A DNA stretch of 64,000 nucleotides from Tricharina praecox. Its lineage: Eukaryota. Where the stretch lies: positions 868,001-932,000 of the forward strand of contig NW_026250413.1 of the NCBI RefSeq assembly GCF_024521635.1. The letters are read 5' to 3'. The notes under the pieces were generated by a model. It saw only the letters and a program-made list of their open reading frames with translations. It did not search any database and had not been told where the DNA came from. A program made the translations under genes and the position numbers. Positions 11,441-24,057 of this stretch are shown here, in pieces (positions within the stretch are counted from its first letter, which is position 1; each line of letters opens with the position of its first letter).

Positions 11441-12170
11441 TCCTTTTTTCACTTTTTTCTTTTTTTCTTTTTTTTTTCTATGTTTCTTTTTTTTCTTGTC
11501 ACTTTTTTTACAATCTACTTCCTAATCTACACAGGTGAAGTACCTATTGGTAGCACGGTGGCTATGCGTCTGTCTTGAAGGAACTGTTCATGTAATATAT
11601 TCCAGCATTCTTCTGTTCATTGTCTAAATTTTAGCTACGGCACTTGACGACCTGACCTTTGGCGGAGCATTCGTTGACGGTGGTGGCTCGCAGCAGCGGG
11701 GAGTCTTCAGTAACCGCAGCAGCGAGCCGCGTTGATGGTGTGGACAGGAATGTTAAGCAAAACTGGAACTCTGTGGCATGGAAGTCGGAACAGGCGATCC
11801 TACATATGGGCGGGAGAGCAGAGAAGCAAAATGTCGAGGTCCAGATAGGTATCCGAGCATTTCGCGGACGGAAGGTGTAGCCCAGATATATACTGGACTT
11901 CATGGATATCTGCGGAAAGGTCACTTCACCAGGCCAGGCACCGCTATATACATTATGTAGGTAGCGACACCAAGTGGTTTCGGAGGAGACGGAGGAGACG
12001 GAGAAGTTGTCAGGTCGGGAACGGCCGAGTCCATATGTATGATGAAAAAGAAAATATGGCTTCACAAGTGAAGACACTAATTTAGAGCTAATCGAGTTCG
12101 AAGCAAGCTTCCGGATCTCGGCAAGCACCCTAGTTAGCCCGAGCCATCGGCGAGCGATGACTTGCACGGT

Positions 12171-14921
12171 ATGCAGCACGACGCTCCATCACCGCGCCGA
12201 GCACCCGTCACCGCCGCGCCGACCACCATGAGCGGCGCCAAGCCTCTCCTCACGACAGAGGACCGCTTCCGGCAGAAGCAACAACTCTCCGCCCGCCCGC
12301 CTAATGCTGCCACAAAACGCAAAACGCCTCCTCCCTCCTCCTCCGTCGGACCAAAGCGCCCCCGTACGCACACCAAAGATGCTGATGCCGATGTCGCACT
12401 CCCCAGCGTCGCCCCGGACTGGCGCGGGGACGAGATGACATCCACGCAGCCGTGGGGCTCCACGCAGGCTCCTTTCGCGAATCGCCCTACGTCCCGTCCG
12501 CCGCCGCCACCGTCGGCGGTCCCCCGGCGCTCGGCGGATCCACTCTCGCTGGCGCACCGCAAGTGGGGCCTGCATCCAGAGATTGTGAAGGGATTTCGAG
12601 AGTGTGGAGTGGATGAGATGTATCCGTGGCAGAGCGAGTGCTTGTCGCTACCCGGGGTGCTGGAGGGCACCAAGAATGTGGTCTATACTGCGCCTACGTC
12701 TGCGGGGAAATCGTTGGTGGCGGATATACTCATGGTCCGGAAGGTGGTTGGCGGGCTGGCTGGACTTGGACTTGGAGAGCGGAAGAAGGCCATCGTCGTG
12801 GTGCCATATGTCTCCATCGTCCAGGAGAAGACCCGGTTCCTGAACAAATGCCTTGGCTCGGTGCGTGTGGAGATGCCGCGAATGCAGGAGACCCAGCCGC
12901 AGGCCTGGAGGAACCTCAATATCGTTGGGTTTCATTCCGGCGCGAGAAATAGGATGCGGTGGAAGGATATTGATATCGTCGTCTGCACCATCGAGAGAGC
13001 TAACACATTGGTTAACGCGGCGGTGGAGGATAGGACGATCAATGAGCTGGGCGTGGCGGTATTCGATGAACTACATATGGTGGGAGACGAGCATCGGGGG
13101 TTAATTTTGGAACTACTAGCGGCGAAGCTGCTGTGTCTTGAGCTGCCGGTCCAGATTGTGGGAATGTCGGCTACGTTGAGCAATATTACCGTTCTGGGGA
13201 AATGGCTTAAAGCTGCCTTGTATGAATGCAATTTCCGGCCGGTTCCTCTGGACGAATACTTGGTCTATGACGGCGCGGTGTATAGCAACTCCCATGAACT
13301 GCACGCAAACATACCGCCTAGTGACCATAAATCCCGTAAGGAGACGGTCACCAATTCGATCGTTGCCCTCACACACTCGGCAATATCCGAAGGCCACGGA
13401 GTGTTGGTGTTCTGTGAGTCCCGGCGACGATGCGAGGATCTTGCCTTGTTGGTCCTAGGCTTCATTCCTCGGATTCGTGATGAGGAGCTGATTGAGAAAC
13501 GGATAAACGTTGTGGGAGACCTTGCGACCACGCCCACGGGGATGGATCCCGTACTTGCCAAATCGGTCCCTGCGGGAGTGGCATTTCACCATGCCGGATT
13601 GACTACGGAAGAGCGGGATATCGTCACGGCCGCCTACAACGACGGCGCCGTCAAGGCTATATTCTGCACGGCAACAATGGCCGCCGGCGTCAACCTCCCC
13701 GCACGCCGAGTAATCATCTCACCGCGGATGGGCCGAGACTTTGTCAGCGCAGCGATGCTCCGACAGATGCGTGGACGAGCTGGCCGAAAAGGCCGCGACA
13801 CGCGCGGAGAATCGTACGTCTGCTGCCGCAGGGAGGATCTTCCAACCATCGAGAAGCTGCTCAACGAAAGTCTTCCATCGGTGTCATCGTGCCTCATATC
13901 GTCCGAAAACACATCCTCCGGCCTCTCCCGTGCCTTGCTGGAAATTATCTCCACCCGGCTGGCAACCTCCCTCGACTCGATCGAGGAATACTTCAACTCT
14001 ACACTCCTCCAGCACACGCACCACACGCTCTCGGACCTGCCCACACTGCTCAAAGACTGCCTCGAAACCCTCCACGCCTCCACACTGCTCCAAGACCCCA
14101 CCGCCGACGGCGAGTGGTCCGCCACCCGCACCGGCCACGCCACGGTCGTCGCGGGCTTCACGCCGTCCGACGGCCTGTTCATGTCAACGGAGCTCACCCG
14201 GGCGCTCGCGCACTTCAACCTCGAAACGGACATGCACATCGTGTACCACTTCACGCCGATCCACGCGTCGACATCCTCCGTTTCCATCGACTGGAAGCTC
14301 CTCCGGGACGAGCTCGAGCGGCTCGACGAGCCATCTCTGCGCGCTGCCACCTTCTGCGGCGTGAACCCGGCGTTCATCCACAAGCTCGCCAGCGGCGGAC
14401 TATTCCGCGACGCCGGCGGCGCCAAGGAGCGCGTCTACCGCCGCTTCTACACCTCGCTCATGCTGCGCCAGCTGATCAACGAGACGCCGATCCACCACGT
14501 CGCCCGCCACTTCGCCGTGCCCCGCGGCTTCGTCCAGTCCCTTGCCACTACGTGCCGCGGCTTCGCTACAACCAGCGCTGCCTACTGTAAGGCTATGGGA
14601 TGGACCGGCCTAGCCGTACTGCTCGAGCACTACAGCTGGAGGCTCGATCTGGGCGTCAAAGATGATCTGGTCGACCTGGCCCGGCTGCCCTTCGTTAAGA
14701 GTCGCACGGCCAGAGTGTTTTACGAGGCGGGCCTGAGGACTATGGAGAACGTGGCGGATGCGAAGGTGGAGGTCTTGGTGAATGTGCTGGCTAAGGCTAT
14801 GCCCGGCGCGAATAGGGGGAGGGTCAGGGAGAAGTGTGAGGAGCGCGCGAAGATTGTGGCTGCGGCCGCGAGGAGGATTTTGGATAGGCGGAGGCAGGAG
14901 GAGCTGGATGAGTTGGAGTAG
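12171..14921 (+). CDS. Ski2-like SF2 DNA helicase of the POLQ-helicase/HELQ (Hel308/Mus308) family, no polymerase domain
   Basis: Intronless ORF with MYPWQSECL, APTSAGKS, DELH, GMSAT, GVAFHHAGLT, MAAGVNLPARRV and QMRGRAGR. C-terminal HhH-like KSRTARVFYEAGL. Confidence 0.9.
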   Translation: MQHDAPSPRRAPVTAAPTTMSGAKPLLTTEDRFRQKQQLSARPPNAATKRKTPPPSSSVGPKRPRTHTKDADADVALPSVAPDWRGDEMTSTQPWGSTQAPFANRPTSRPPPPPSAVPRRSADPLSLAHRKWGLHPEIVKGFRECGVDEMYPWQSECLSLPGVLEGTKNVVYTAPTSAGKSLVADILMVRKVVGGLAGLGLGERKKAIVVVPYVSIVQEKTRFLNKCLGSVRVEMPRMQETQPQAWRNLNIVGFHSGARNRMRWKDIDIVVCTIERANTLVNAAVEDRTINELGVAVFDELHMVGDEHRGLILELLAAKLLCLELPVQIVGMSATLSNITVLGKWLKAALYECNFRPVPLDEYLVYDGAVYSNSHELHANIPPSDHKSRKETVTNSIVALTHSAISEGHGVLVFCESRRRCEDLALLVLGFIPRIRDEELIEKRINVVGDLATTPTGMDPVLAKSVPAGVAFHHAGLTTEERDIVTAAYNDGAVKAIFCTATMAAGVNLPARRVIISPRMGRDFVSAAMLRQMRGRAGRKGRDTRGESYVCCRREDLPTIEKLLNESLPSVSSCLISSENTSSGLSRALLEIISTRLATSLDSIEEYFNSTLLQHTHHTLSDLPTLLKDCLETLHASTLLQDPTADGEWSATRTGHATVVAGFTPSDGLFMSTELTRALAHFNLETDMHIVYHFTPIHASTSSVSIDWKLLRDELERLDEPSLRAATFCGVNPAFIHKLASGGLFRDAGGAKERVYRRFYTSLMLRQLINETPIHHVARHFAVPRGFVQSLATTCRGFATTSAAYCKAMGWTGLAVLLEHYSWRLDLGVKDDLVDLARLPFVKSRTARVFYEAGLRTMENVADAKVEVLVNVLAKAMPGANRGRVREKCEERAKIVAAAARRILDRRRQEELDELE

Positions 14922-17783
14922 GGAGGTGGGGGGTGATGATTATTGGGATGAATGGCGAGATGGATAGATGGATAGATGGGGGCCTACATACGAGGCATAG
15001 ATGGTTTGGTTTAACAGTGGCGTCTGTGGATTGTTTATTACGGGTTGATATCGTATAATTATGGCGTTCATATGGATTCTCATATGGACGAATTCAATGA
15101 CACGATGTTGCGCAAAAATATGACCAAGTACCGTATTTACCTGCGTACCCACCGTCCAAGCAGCACGGAACGATCGACACCGTGTTCGTCATCCCGCTGT
15201 CCAGTGTCGACGCCATCAACCGTTCGTGCAACTTCGCCAACTTCGCCATCACTCACGCAAGACAGAAGCCACAAGATCATCCGGCGCCCTCGGGAGTAAG
15301 ACGCCAGATCCAGCGTTTCAAATCTGTGGGTGAGATCTGTGGTGAGATCTGTGGGGGGAGGGAGCAGATGATGGGAATTCCAGAAAGAGTGGTCTCGTGT
15401 GCGCGGGGGACGCTGGGGGCTGCGCGGGATGGTTGCGCGGGATGGTCGCGTGACGGTCTATGGTGCGGCCGTGCGGTTGTGTGGGAGCCTTATTGGTAGC
15501 ACGGCGACGAGGAATGATGTGTGATACCTACGGACATTCTGGGGCGGTGGAAGCTTCTTGCTCGGGTCCCTCAACGACGTGCCGCTCGATCACGTTGGCA
15601 TTCCTCCAATTCTACGTGATACCATACCGATGCTGGAGGCTGGAGGCTGGAGCTCTCGAAGCCGCGATGACGAACCGGCTGGAGCTTAGCGCAATACTCT
15701 GGCGGTGATGGGCGGTGATGGGCGGCGGTGATGAGCGGTGGTGGCTGGCCAGTGGCCGTATGTAGATAGCTGGCGGGTGTTGATCAGCCACCAGTGAGCC
15801 CTGACCCTGGAGGCTGGCGCTGATTCCGAAGCCTGGCGTGCGACCGCCGACCAGGGTAGCTTCGTGGTGGCTTTTTTTTTGGCTTCGTCGAGCGAGTGAA
15901 CCAGCAGTTGAGTTGGACTTTGATCCGCCCAGAGCTCTCTCACCTGTACTCACGGCACTGGCACCGGTACCTATCGCGGCATTCTCCATCGAGAAGCTCC
16001 GAAACAAAAACAAAAACTTCGACAGTCGGGACTGCTGGCCAATCACTTGTTCCAACGCCTATCTCTGCTATGTAGAGTATGTACCATAACTATCCTGACA
16101 ATCTGGGTAGGTATGTGCTCTGGGTATGTGCTCTACTCTATGCTCGGCTGTATCCTGCATAATCCTGCTCCGACTCTCCGATTCTTGGACTTGTTCTGCT
16201 TGTCCCTCAAGCTGGATAGTATGTGTATATGTAGAGGTATTCAATTGGAGTCGGCGGGAGTAGGTAGTATGTACTATGTATATGGTGCACTCGATGATCC
16301 GTTCGGATAACACTCTTGCCGCTGGAAAGAAGTAGCGGTATGTAGGACCTGGAAGAAGAGTTCGAGGAGTTATACCGGTACCAGTAGTTATGCCCCTGTG
16401 ACGGGCTTGTTCGCGAGGCTTGAACTGAGGCGGTGTTAGATACGGTTGAGATGAGCGGGAGAGATGAGTGGCCGCCGCCGCTGTCGTGACGGCTAACGGG
16501 GCCGTGGGGAAAGGAAGCCTGACATGTCCATATCTACCGACGGTCCCCAGCGTTTCGGGCGTCAAAGAGAGTTCCGTACCGTGCCAGCTTCAAACGCACC
16601 GACAAAGTGTAATGGCTCTGGCCTCACGATAAACTCAACGTTCTTTGGAAGCTTCCAACACCCATTCTCCACCCTATGTATTCTCTTACCCTCCTCGGAG
16701 CTGAGCTGCGATGCGCATTCACCAGCTCCCCTGGTGACGACGTAGTGAACAAGGGTTGGGTCAGTTAGTGAGCTGCCAGCCAGCCATATCACAATCGCAG
16801 GGTAGTTTGGGCTTGCTTGATACACACACAACGCGCACCTCCTGCTCTTCACTCACTCTCTACTCGACAGACAGACAGCCATTCCTACAGACCTACAAGC
16901 CTCCATTCACTTGCCGCTGACCGCCTGCCGCCTTCCCCCTCCCACCCCCATTCAAACTACCAGTACCGGTCCCGTGGAGAACTTTCCGTTCCAAGGCACC
17001 GCCCGCGCATCGAATAATAATAACAATAAAACAAAAAAAACAGCGCTGTCCCTCTTTTACGTTCATCCGGCGCGGCACCCCATCCACAAGCTGCATCTAC
17101 ACACATCACGCACCCATCACGCCTGCCCTGCCACCCTGACCGACCACCACCGCCCCCCCTCCCTCCCTCCCCTTCCCCCACCCCCCCAATCGCTCGCTGG
17201 CCCTATTCCGAGGACCACCCGGCGTCCTGGACCCTTCACGCTTTGAGCACTCTGGCTGTGCTTCGGCCGCACAATACCATTCACCATTCCTCCCTCAACA
17301 TCCTCCCGTCAGGTCAATATCCCCCTCCGTTCCATAACTTCAGCATCTTCCCCAGCTCCGGAAGACGAGCACTCCGAGTCACTGCTACCGAAATCCACCG
17401 TCGACACCTCTGATCACGGCAACACTCGTTCGTCGAGGTCGTCCGTTGATTCCGACAAGTCGGACTTCTCCCTCTTCAGCGCCCCGAGCATTAGTGGTGG
17501 TGGTAGTATCGTCGCCGAGCGGAGCGAGAAATCGAAGCCTCCCACGAAAGCGCGCGTCTCTCTCTTCCACGAGGATCTCGGCGAAGACGACGACGACGAA
17601 AAAAGCCCAGGCAACCGGAACGTCGGCTCGAGCTCCCGCAAAGTACGCTATAGCCAGGATTCGGCCTCGCACTCTCGCCAACGCGACGGCACCGGCAGCG
17701 GCAGCAGCAGCGACGAAGTTAAAATCCACATCCCCTCTCCACCTCGTCGCGAACCTGGTTTCGTCAAAAAGTGCTTCGGAAGA

Positions 17784-19747
17784 ATGGTGGGCGGTAGAAA
17801 TGGGTCGGCCATTCATGGCATGACCGGGAAACCGTTGTTGTATGTCACTCTCCTCGCTTCCGTCGCATGTCCGCATGCCCGCGCGCTCGCGCGACCGCAC
17901 TCCCCCCCCCCCGCTAATCACTGTCGTCACGATGCAGGTACTTTACAAGCGTGTTTGTGAGTTTAGGCGTCTTCCTTTTTGGTTATGATCAAGGCGTTAT
18001 GTCGGGCATTATCACGTACGTCCGAGAGCTTCCTCGCTGCTCCTGCTGCTTCCCCCATGAACGCCCAATGCTGATTCTAAAATGTAGAGGAATATATTTT
18101 AAAGACTACTTCAACCAGCCCACGCGGGCGCAGATAGGAACGATGGTTGCTATATTGGAGGTTGGAGCGTTCGTATCATCTCTCGTTGTTGGCCGAGTGG
18201 GGGACATCATTGGTAGGCGGAAGACGATCCTCTACGGGTCCATGATCTTCGTCGTCGGAGGGGCAATGCAAGCTTTTGCCAACGGAATGCCCGCCCTGAT
18301 CCTAGGCCGTATCATTGCCGGAGTGGGTGTTGGTTGCCTCTCGACCATCGTGCCGGTCTATCAGTCCGAAATCTCGCCCCCGCACAACCGTGGACAGCTC
18401 GCTTGTATAGAGTTCACCGGAAACATCGTGGGCTACGCCACCAGCGTCTGGGTCGATTACTTCTGCAGCTACATCGAGAGTGACCTTTCGTGGCGCATTC
18501 CGCTGTTCATGCAGTGCGCCATGGGAGCCCTGCTCGCGCTGGGCTCGCTCATCATTTCCGAGTCACCCAGGTATGTTTGAGCCGGCGAAGTGCATCGTTC
18601 GACGGAAGCTAACGGTTGCCAGATGGCTACTCGACAATGACCACGACGAGGAGGGCATCGTGGTCCTGGCGAACCTTTACGGCGGTGGAGATGTGCACAA
18701 CGAGCGCGCTAGAGACGAGTTCCGCGAGATCAAGATGAACGTCCTGCTACAGCGGGCGGAGGGAGAGAGATCCTACTCCGAGATGTGGTCCCGATACCAA
18801 AAGCGTCTTTTGATCGCCATGTCGGCTCAGGCTTTTGCACAGCTGAACGGAATCAACGTCATCTCGTACTATGTGAGTATCCCTTGTGCTCGTAATTACC
18901 CAGGACTGGGCTGATGTCTGTATCAGGCTCCCCTCGTGTTCGAACAGGCCGGCTGGGTTGGCCGCGACGCCATCCTCATGACGGGTATCAACGCGCTCAT
19001 CTACGTCGCCAGTACTCTGCCGCCCTGGTACCTTGTGGACCGCTGGGGTAGACGTCCAATCTTGCTCTCCGGCTCGGTCGTGATGTGTCTCGCGCTCGCT
19101 ACTATCTCATACTGGATGTACATCGATGTTCACATCACACCGACGATGGTTGTACTATTCGTCATCATCTACAATGCGTTCTTCGGCTACTCATGGGGAC
19201 CGATCCCGTGGCTGTACCCTCCCGAGATCATGCCCCTCAGCATCCGCGCAAAGGGAGCCTCGCTCTCGACCGCCACCAATTGGGCGTTCAACTGGCTCGT
19301 CGGCGAGATGACACCCATTCTCCAGGAATGGATAAAGTGGCGCCTCTACCTCGTCCACGCCTTCTTCTGCGCCTGCAGTTTCGTCCTAGTGTACTTCCTG
19401 TACCCGGAGACGAAGGGCGTCATGCTCGAGGATATGGTATTCCCCCCTTCTCCCGCCTATTTCTCAGCCACCCCCCCTCTAACCGTATGTAGGACTCCGT
19501 CTTCGGTGACCAAACCGTCGCGCCCACACCGTCAACCGCCCACGCGTCCCTCCTGCACCCCAGCCGCTCCGGCAGTCCGGTACCTACACTCGACATCAGC
19601 CCTCCGGAGAACATCAAACCCAGCCGATCTCCGCCCCCGCAAAAGAACGGCAGTGGAGTCGGCGGTTTCTTCCAGGGCATGTTTGGACGCAAGTCGGAGA
19701 CGGAGGGCGGCGAGTATAGACGTATCGATGAGGGGGATGATGTGTAG
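17784..19747 (+). CDS. MFS sugar porter (monosaccharide transporter), multi-exon
   Basis: FLFGYDQGVMSG, GDIIGRR, YQSEISP, ESPRWL, QLNGINVISYY, DRWGRR and PETKG motifs. First AUG at 17784, but see the finding on the upstream open frame. Confidence 0.93.
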
Positions 19748-20761
19748 ATTGTTTCTTTTTTTTTGTTGGCCATGTAGAGGGATTAGTTTTTGGATACGGA
19801 TACCTATTGTGTGTGGATTTGACTTTTGACTTTGTGATTTCTTTTCTTTTTTGCGTGCGCGACTGTGTGGATGGAGGATGGATACTAGAGATAAATGCAG
19901 GATGGACGGGCCGAGATAGGTATATGATACTCATAGATATCAATCAGCTGCACCTTTTTTTTCGTTCGCACTTCTTGAAGTTTGGTGTCTCGTCTGCAGG
20001 GTTGGCTTTGAGGATTCATGTGCATGTGCGGGGTGCAGCAAAGCAACGGTGCGGACTCCGGAGGGGAGGGGAACACTGAATGGTCACTGGTGGTTTCTTT
20101 TTTGCTTTCTTTGGAGAGAGCAGTGCACCAACTACCTATGAGGTGAGGACTTGCGGTGATCTGGACTTTTTGGGTATACAGATCTGTGTATGGAGGGGCT
20201 AGAGGTGTGGACACAAGAGAAGCTAGAGATTATAGACTAGAGAAGCCAGATCCAGTTTAATGTAGAGTATGTACGAGCCCAGCTTCTGTCGTGAATCGTG
20301 ATGGAGTAACTCCGGAATCTGAATGAACGGAGTGTAATGGTACCCGGCGCAAATGGTCAGTGAGTAGTCTCTATGCTGATTAAGGTCGCATGCTTCGGGA
20401 TCGTGTGCTTCGAGTTTCGTAGGTTTGCTATAAGATGGGATATTTGACACCTCTTGGTCGGTTTGGGCCGTCTGAGAGGTGGGAGCGACTGAGGCTGGCT
20501 GTGGTGTTGATATCGCCAGCTTGCTAGCTAGGTAGCTTGACACCATGAGGGGGTATGCAGTTCCGGCCGTCTTGAATGTGCTTGCTAAAGGCCACCACGA
20601 GAGATGGTATGTAAGTAGGAATGGTTGGTCATATACTCGTATACTCGTACATTGCCGCCCACTCGCTCTCTCTCCCTCCCCCCATTACCGCTCCCCCCTC
20701 ACAACCTCAGGAACACTCAAACTCCTCCATTACCGCCCCCCTCGCCTCCCCCTCCCCATCA

Positions 20762-21259
20762 CTACACATCCCCCCCGCCCCCCACCCCGCCCTCATAAAC
20801 CTCGACCACAAAAGTCCCCCCCTGATACGGATCCGGCACCGTCCATGTGCCGCCATGGGGACACATATCGACGATCCTCTCAGCCACAGTGGCCACATCC
20901 CCACAGAGCATGCTCTCATACGGCTGTCCACAGACATCAATCCTTTCCCCCACGCCGTCGTCGTCACTGCTAGCGACAGTAGTACACCCCCTCACATCGT
21001 GGTTCTGCCAGCAGCGCTTGCGCGACGCGAGCACGGAGTCGCCGAGCTGCGCGGAGCGGTGGAGTTGTGTCAGGACGGAGGTGAAGTTTGCGAGTGGCGG
21101 TGGAGGGCGGAGGCGCGAGGACGGCGGGGACGGCGGCGTGGGTGCGCAGCTGTAGGTGCCGGCGAGAGGCGCGATCGGAGGGTGGTTTCCGTCGATTTGC
21201 GCGTGGACGGGGAGGCCCAGAAGGAGGCAGAGGGTTAGGGGAACGAGAAATGAGTACAT
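20762..21259 (-). CDS. Small secreted cysteine-containing protein (165 aa)
   Basis: Hydrophobic signal peptide MYSFLVPLTLCLLLGLPVHA, Pro-rich linker, 6 Cys in the mature part. Confidence 0.65.
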   Translation of the reverse strand: MYSFLVPLTLCLLLGLPVHAQIDGNHPPIAPLAGTYSCAPTPPSPPSSRLRPPPPLANFTSVLTQLHRSAQLGDSVLASRKRCWQNHDVRGCTTVASSDDDGVGERIDVCGQPYESMLCGDVATVAERIVDMCPHGGTWTVPDPYQGGTFVVEVYEGGVGGGGDV

Positions 21260-21815
21260 GCTGGGTGTCGCAAGTTGCCAAAGAGCGTGGCTAGCGGAGC
21301 GGAGGGGGCGGAGGAGGCGGTGGGAGCGGAGCGCAGGTTTTATGGCCTGTGGGCGGCCGTGGTGACGGAGGGGTTACATATTGCTCTGGGGTTGCGCTGG
21401 CTATACTCGCGCCGGAATGCGGTCTGTGAGTTGGGGGTGGGGGATGGGGAGAGAGAGAATGTTGTCGCATGCGGCCGCTGTCTTGTGGCCTGTGGTTTGT
21501 GGTCTACATAGAGCATGGAGAATGGACATTCCAGCCGACGAGTGCGAGTGATGAGTGAGGCGGCGGGAGGTCACTGCAACATTAGAGTAGAGTACTGCCA
21601 CATTAGAGTAGAGTACTGCCACATCTCTAGAGCCACTAAGCGTTATCTTAGTGTCCATCACGTGTCACCTATTGATTAGCGCAGCACATCCATGTCACAG
21701 ATCTACGCAAAAAAAGTTTCCAGCGCCGCGCTGCTCTATTTCACTCTAGCAAACCCGCAAACCCGCAAACCCGCCAGCACTCAGTTCACCACACACGTCG
21801 TACTACAAATTCCCA

Positions 21816-23930
21816 ATGGACGCCGCAGCCGCACAGTTGTCGAAGAAACGCAAGCGAAAACACTCCAAGCCGGGCAAAGACGACACCGCGACTGCTACGG
21901 CGACGGATATGGCGAAGGATATGGTGAAGGATATGGCAAAACTACGGACGAATACGAGTGGTAGTGACGAGAAGCCGCTCAAGAAGAGGAAGGCTGAGAA
22001 GGTCAAGGAGGCGAAGAGGGTTAAGGTCGAGAAGCCTGTGGTTGTGGAGGAGGTGGTAGAGGTGGAGGAGCAGGAGAAGGAGGAGGAGGGGGTGCCGGAA
22101 AGGAACAAGATTGAGGAGGAGGAGGAGGAGGAGGAGGAGGAGGAGGAGGAGGAAGAGGAGGAGGAGGAGGAGGACAAGAATGATACAGAGGAAGAGAAAG
22201 ACTCGGCCAGCGACGACGGCGACGGCGGCGCCCCCATGCACCCCGACCGCATGCTCGCCATGACGATCGAAGACGGCAGCACGATCGAAAACGGCAACAT
22301 TGAGCTCGAGGAGGTAGACCGCGATGCAACACTCCCCTCTGGCGCACAGTTACACCTTCCGGTGGCCGGACCCGTTCCGCAGCGCTTCGCAGAGCTGAAC
22401 CTGCACGCCAGCACGCTGCGCGCGATCGACGAGATGAAGTTCGAGGCGATGACGGAGGTGCAGGCGCGGACGATCCCTCCGTCGCTGGCCGGACGCGATC
22501 TGCTCGGTGCCGCGAAGACCGGTAGTGGAAAGACGCTGGCGTTCTTGATCCCCGCGGTCGAGATGCTGAGTGCGCTGCGGTTCAAGCCCAGGAATGGAAC
22601 GGGAGTCCTTATCATCACCCCTACCCGCGAGTTGGCGCTGCAGATCTTCGACGTCGCCCAGAAACTCATGAGCTACCACTCGCAAACGGTCTCCATCGTC
22701 ATCGGCGGTGCCAACCGGCGCACAGAGGCGGACAAGCTCACGAAGGGTGTCAACCTGCTCATCGGCACTCCCGGACGGCTCCTCGATCATCTGCAGAATA
22801 CCCCCGGATTCGTCTTCAAGAATCTGCGCTGCATGGTGCTCGACGAGGCGGATCGGATATTGGAGTTTGGTTTCGAGGACGAGATGAGGCAGATCATCAA
22901 GCTCATTCCCTCCGAGAACCGGCAGACGCTCCTGTTCTCGGCGACGCAGACGACAAAGGTCGAGGATCTAGCGAGGATTTCGTTGCGGCCGGGGCCGTTG
23001 TACATCAACGTTGACCACGCCAAAGCGAATTCTACCGTCGAGGGTCTGGAGCAGGGCTATGTCATCTGCGAGGCGGACAAACGGTTCTTGCTGCTGTTCT
23101 CGTTCCTGAAGCGGTTCCAGAAGAAGAAAATCATTGTCTTCTTTTCCAGTTGCGCCAGTGTCAAGTACTACTCGGAGCTGCTCAACTACATCGATCTGCC
23201 GGTGCTGGATCTGCACGGAAAGCAGAAGCAACAGAAGCGGACGAACACTTTCTTCGAGTTCAAGAACGCAACTGCGGGCACTCTGATCTGTACTGATGTT
23301 GCCGCGCGTGGCCTCGATGTAAGTGTCTATGGGCTACTGATTACCGAAACAAGCTGACATGTTCGCAGATCCAAGGTGTCGATTGGATCGTGCAGTTTGA
23401 CCCTCCGGATGACCCACGAGACTACATCCACCGTGTCGGACGGACGGCTCGAGGAGCCAATGCCAAAGGTCGCTCGCTGATGTTCCTTCTCCCGAACGAA
23501 GTCGGCTTCCTCAAGTACCTCAAGGAGGCAAAGGTGCCTGTGGTCGAGTTTGAGTTCCCGGCGAAGAAGATTGTCAACGTCCAGAGTCAACTCGAGAAGC
23601 TCATCAGCCAGAACTACTACCTGGCTCAGAGCGCAAAGGATGGTTACAAGTGAGGCTGCCCGAGTACTACTACCGATGCGACTGGCCATGCTGACCCGCG
23701 ATAGATCTTACCTCCAGGCATACGCCTCGCACAGTCTCCGCACGGTGTTCGATGTCAACAAGTTGGATCTCGTCAAAGTGGCCAAGAGCTTTGGTTTCAC
23801 GCATCCTCCGCGGGTGGACATACAGCTGGGTGCGGGCATGGCGCGGGACAAGAAGCAACAGGGACGGCGAAACTACGGGCCGAGTAATGACAAATTCAAA
23901 CAGAAGCGGAAATTCGGGGCTCAGTCATGA
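21816..23930 (+). CDS. HAS1: DEAD-box RNA helicase Has1 (2 introns)
   Basis: [32 protein letters not shown], plus Has1-typical [10 protein letters not shown] and [11 protein letters not shown]. Confidence 0.96.
22114..22172 (+). repeat. (GAG)n microsatellite encoding poly-Glu in the Has1 N-terminus
   Basis: About 20 Glu codons with one GAA interruption. Confidence 0.9.
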
Positions 23931-24057
23931 TGATTGTTTGTTAGTGGCTTCGGCGTTGTTTACTGTTAATATCAGCAATATTTCCGCTTTGCGAATTGCG
24001 TTTCTTCTGTTGTGATTTGATGTTGACGCCCTCTATACTCACCTCCCGCATCACGGC

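Noticed and set aside
13634..14590. Long antisense and alternate-frame ORFs over the helicase (similar ones over HAS1, ARMC8 and pol)
   Set aside because: Expected shadows of GC-rich codon bias, with no domain signal.
21579..21622. 21-bp direct repeat upstream of HAS1
   Set aside because: Simple two-copy slippage with no spacer structure; not CRISPR-like.
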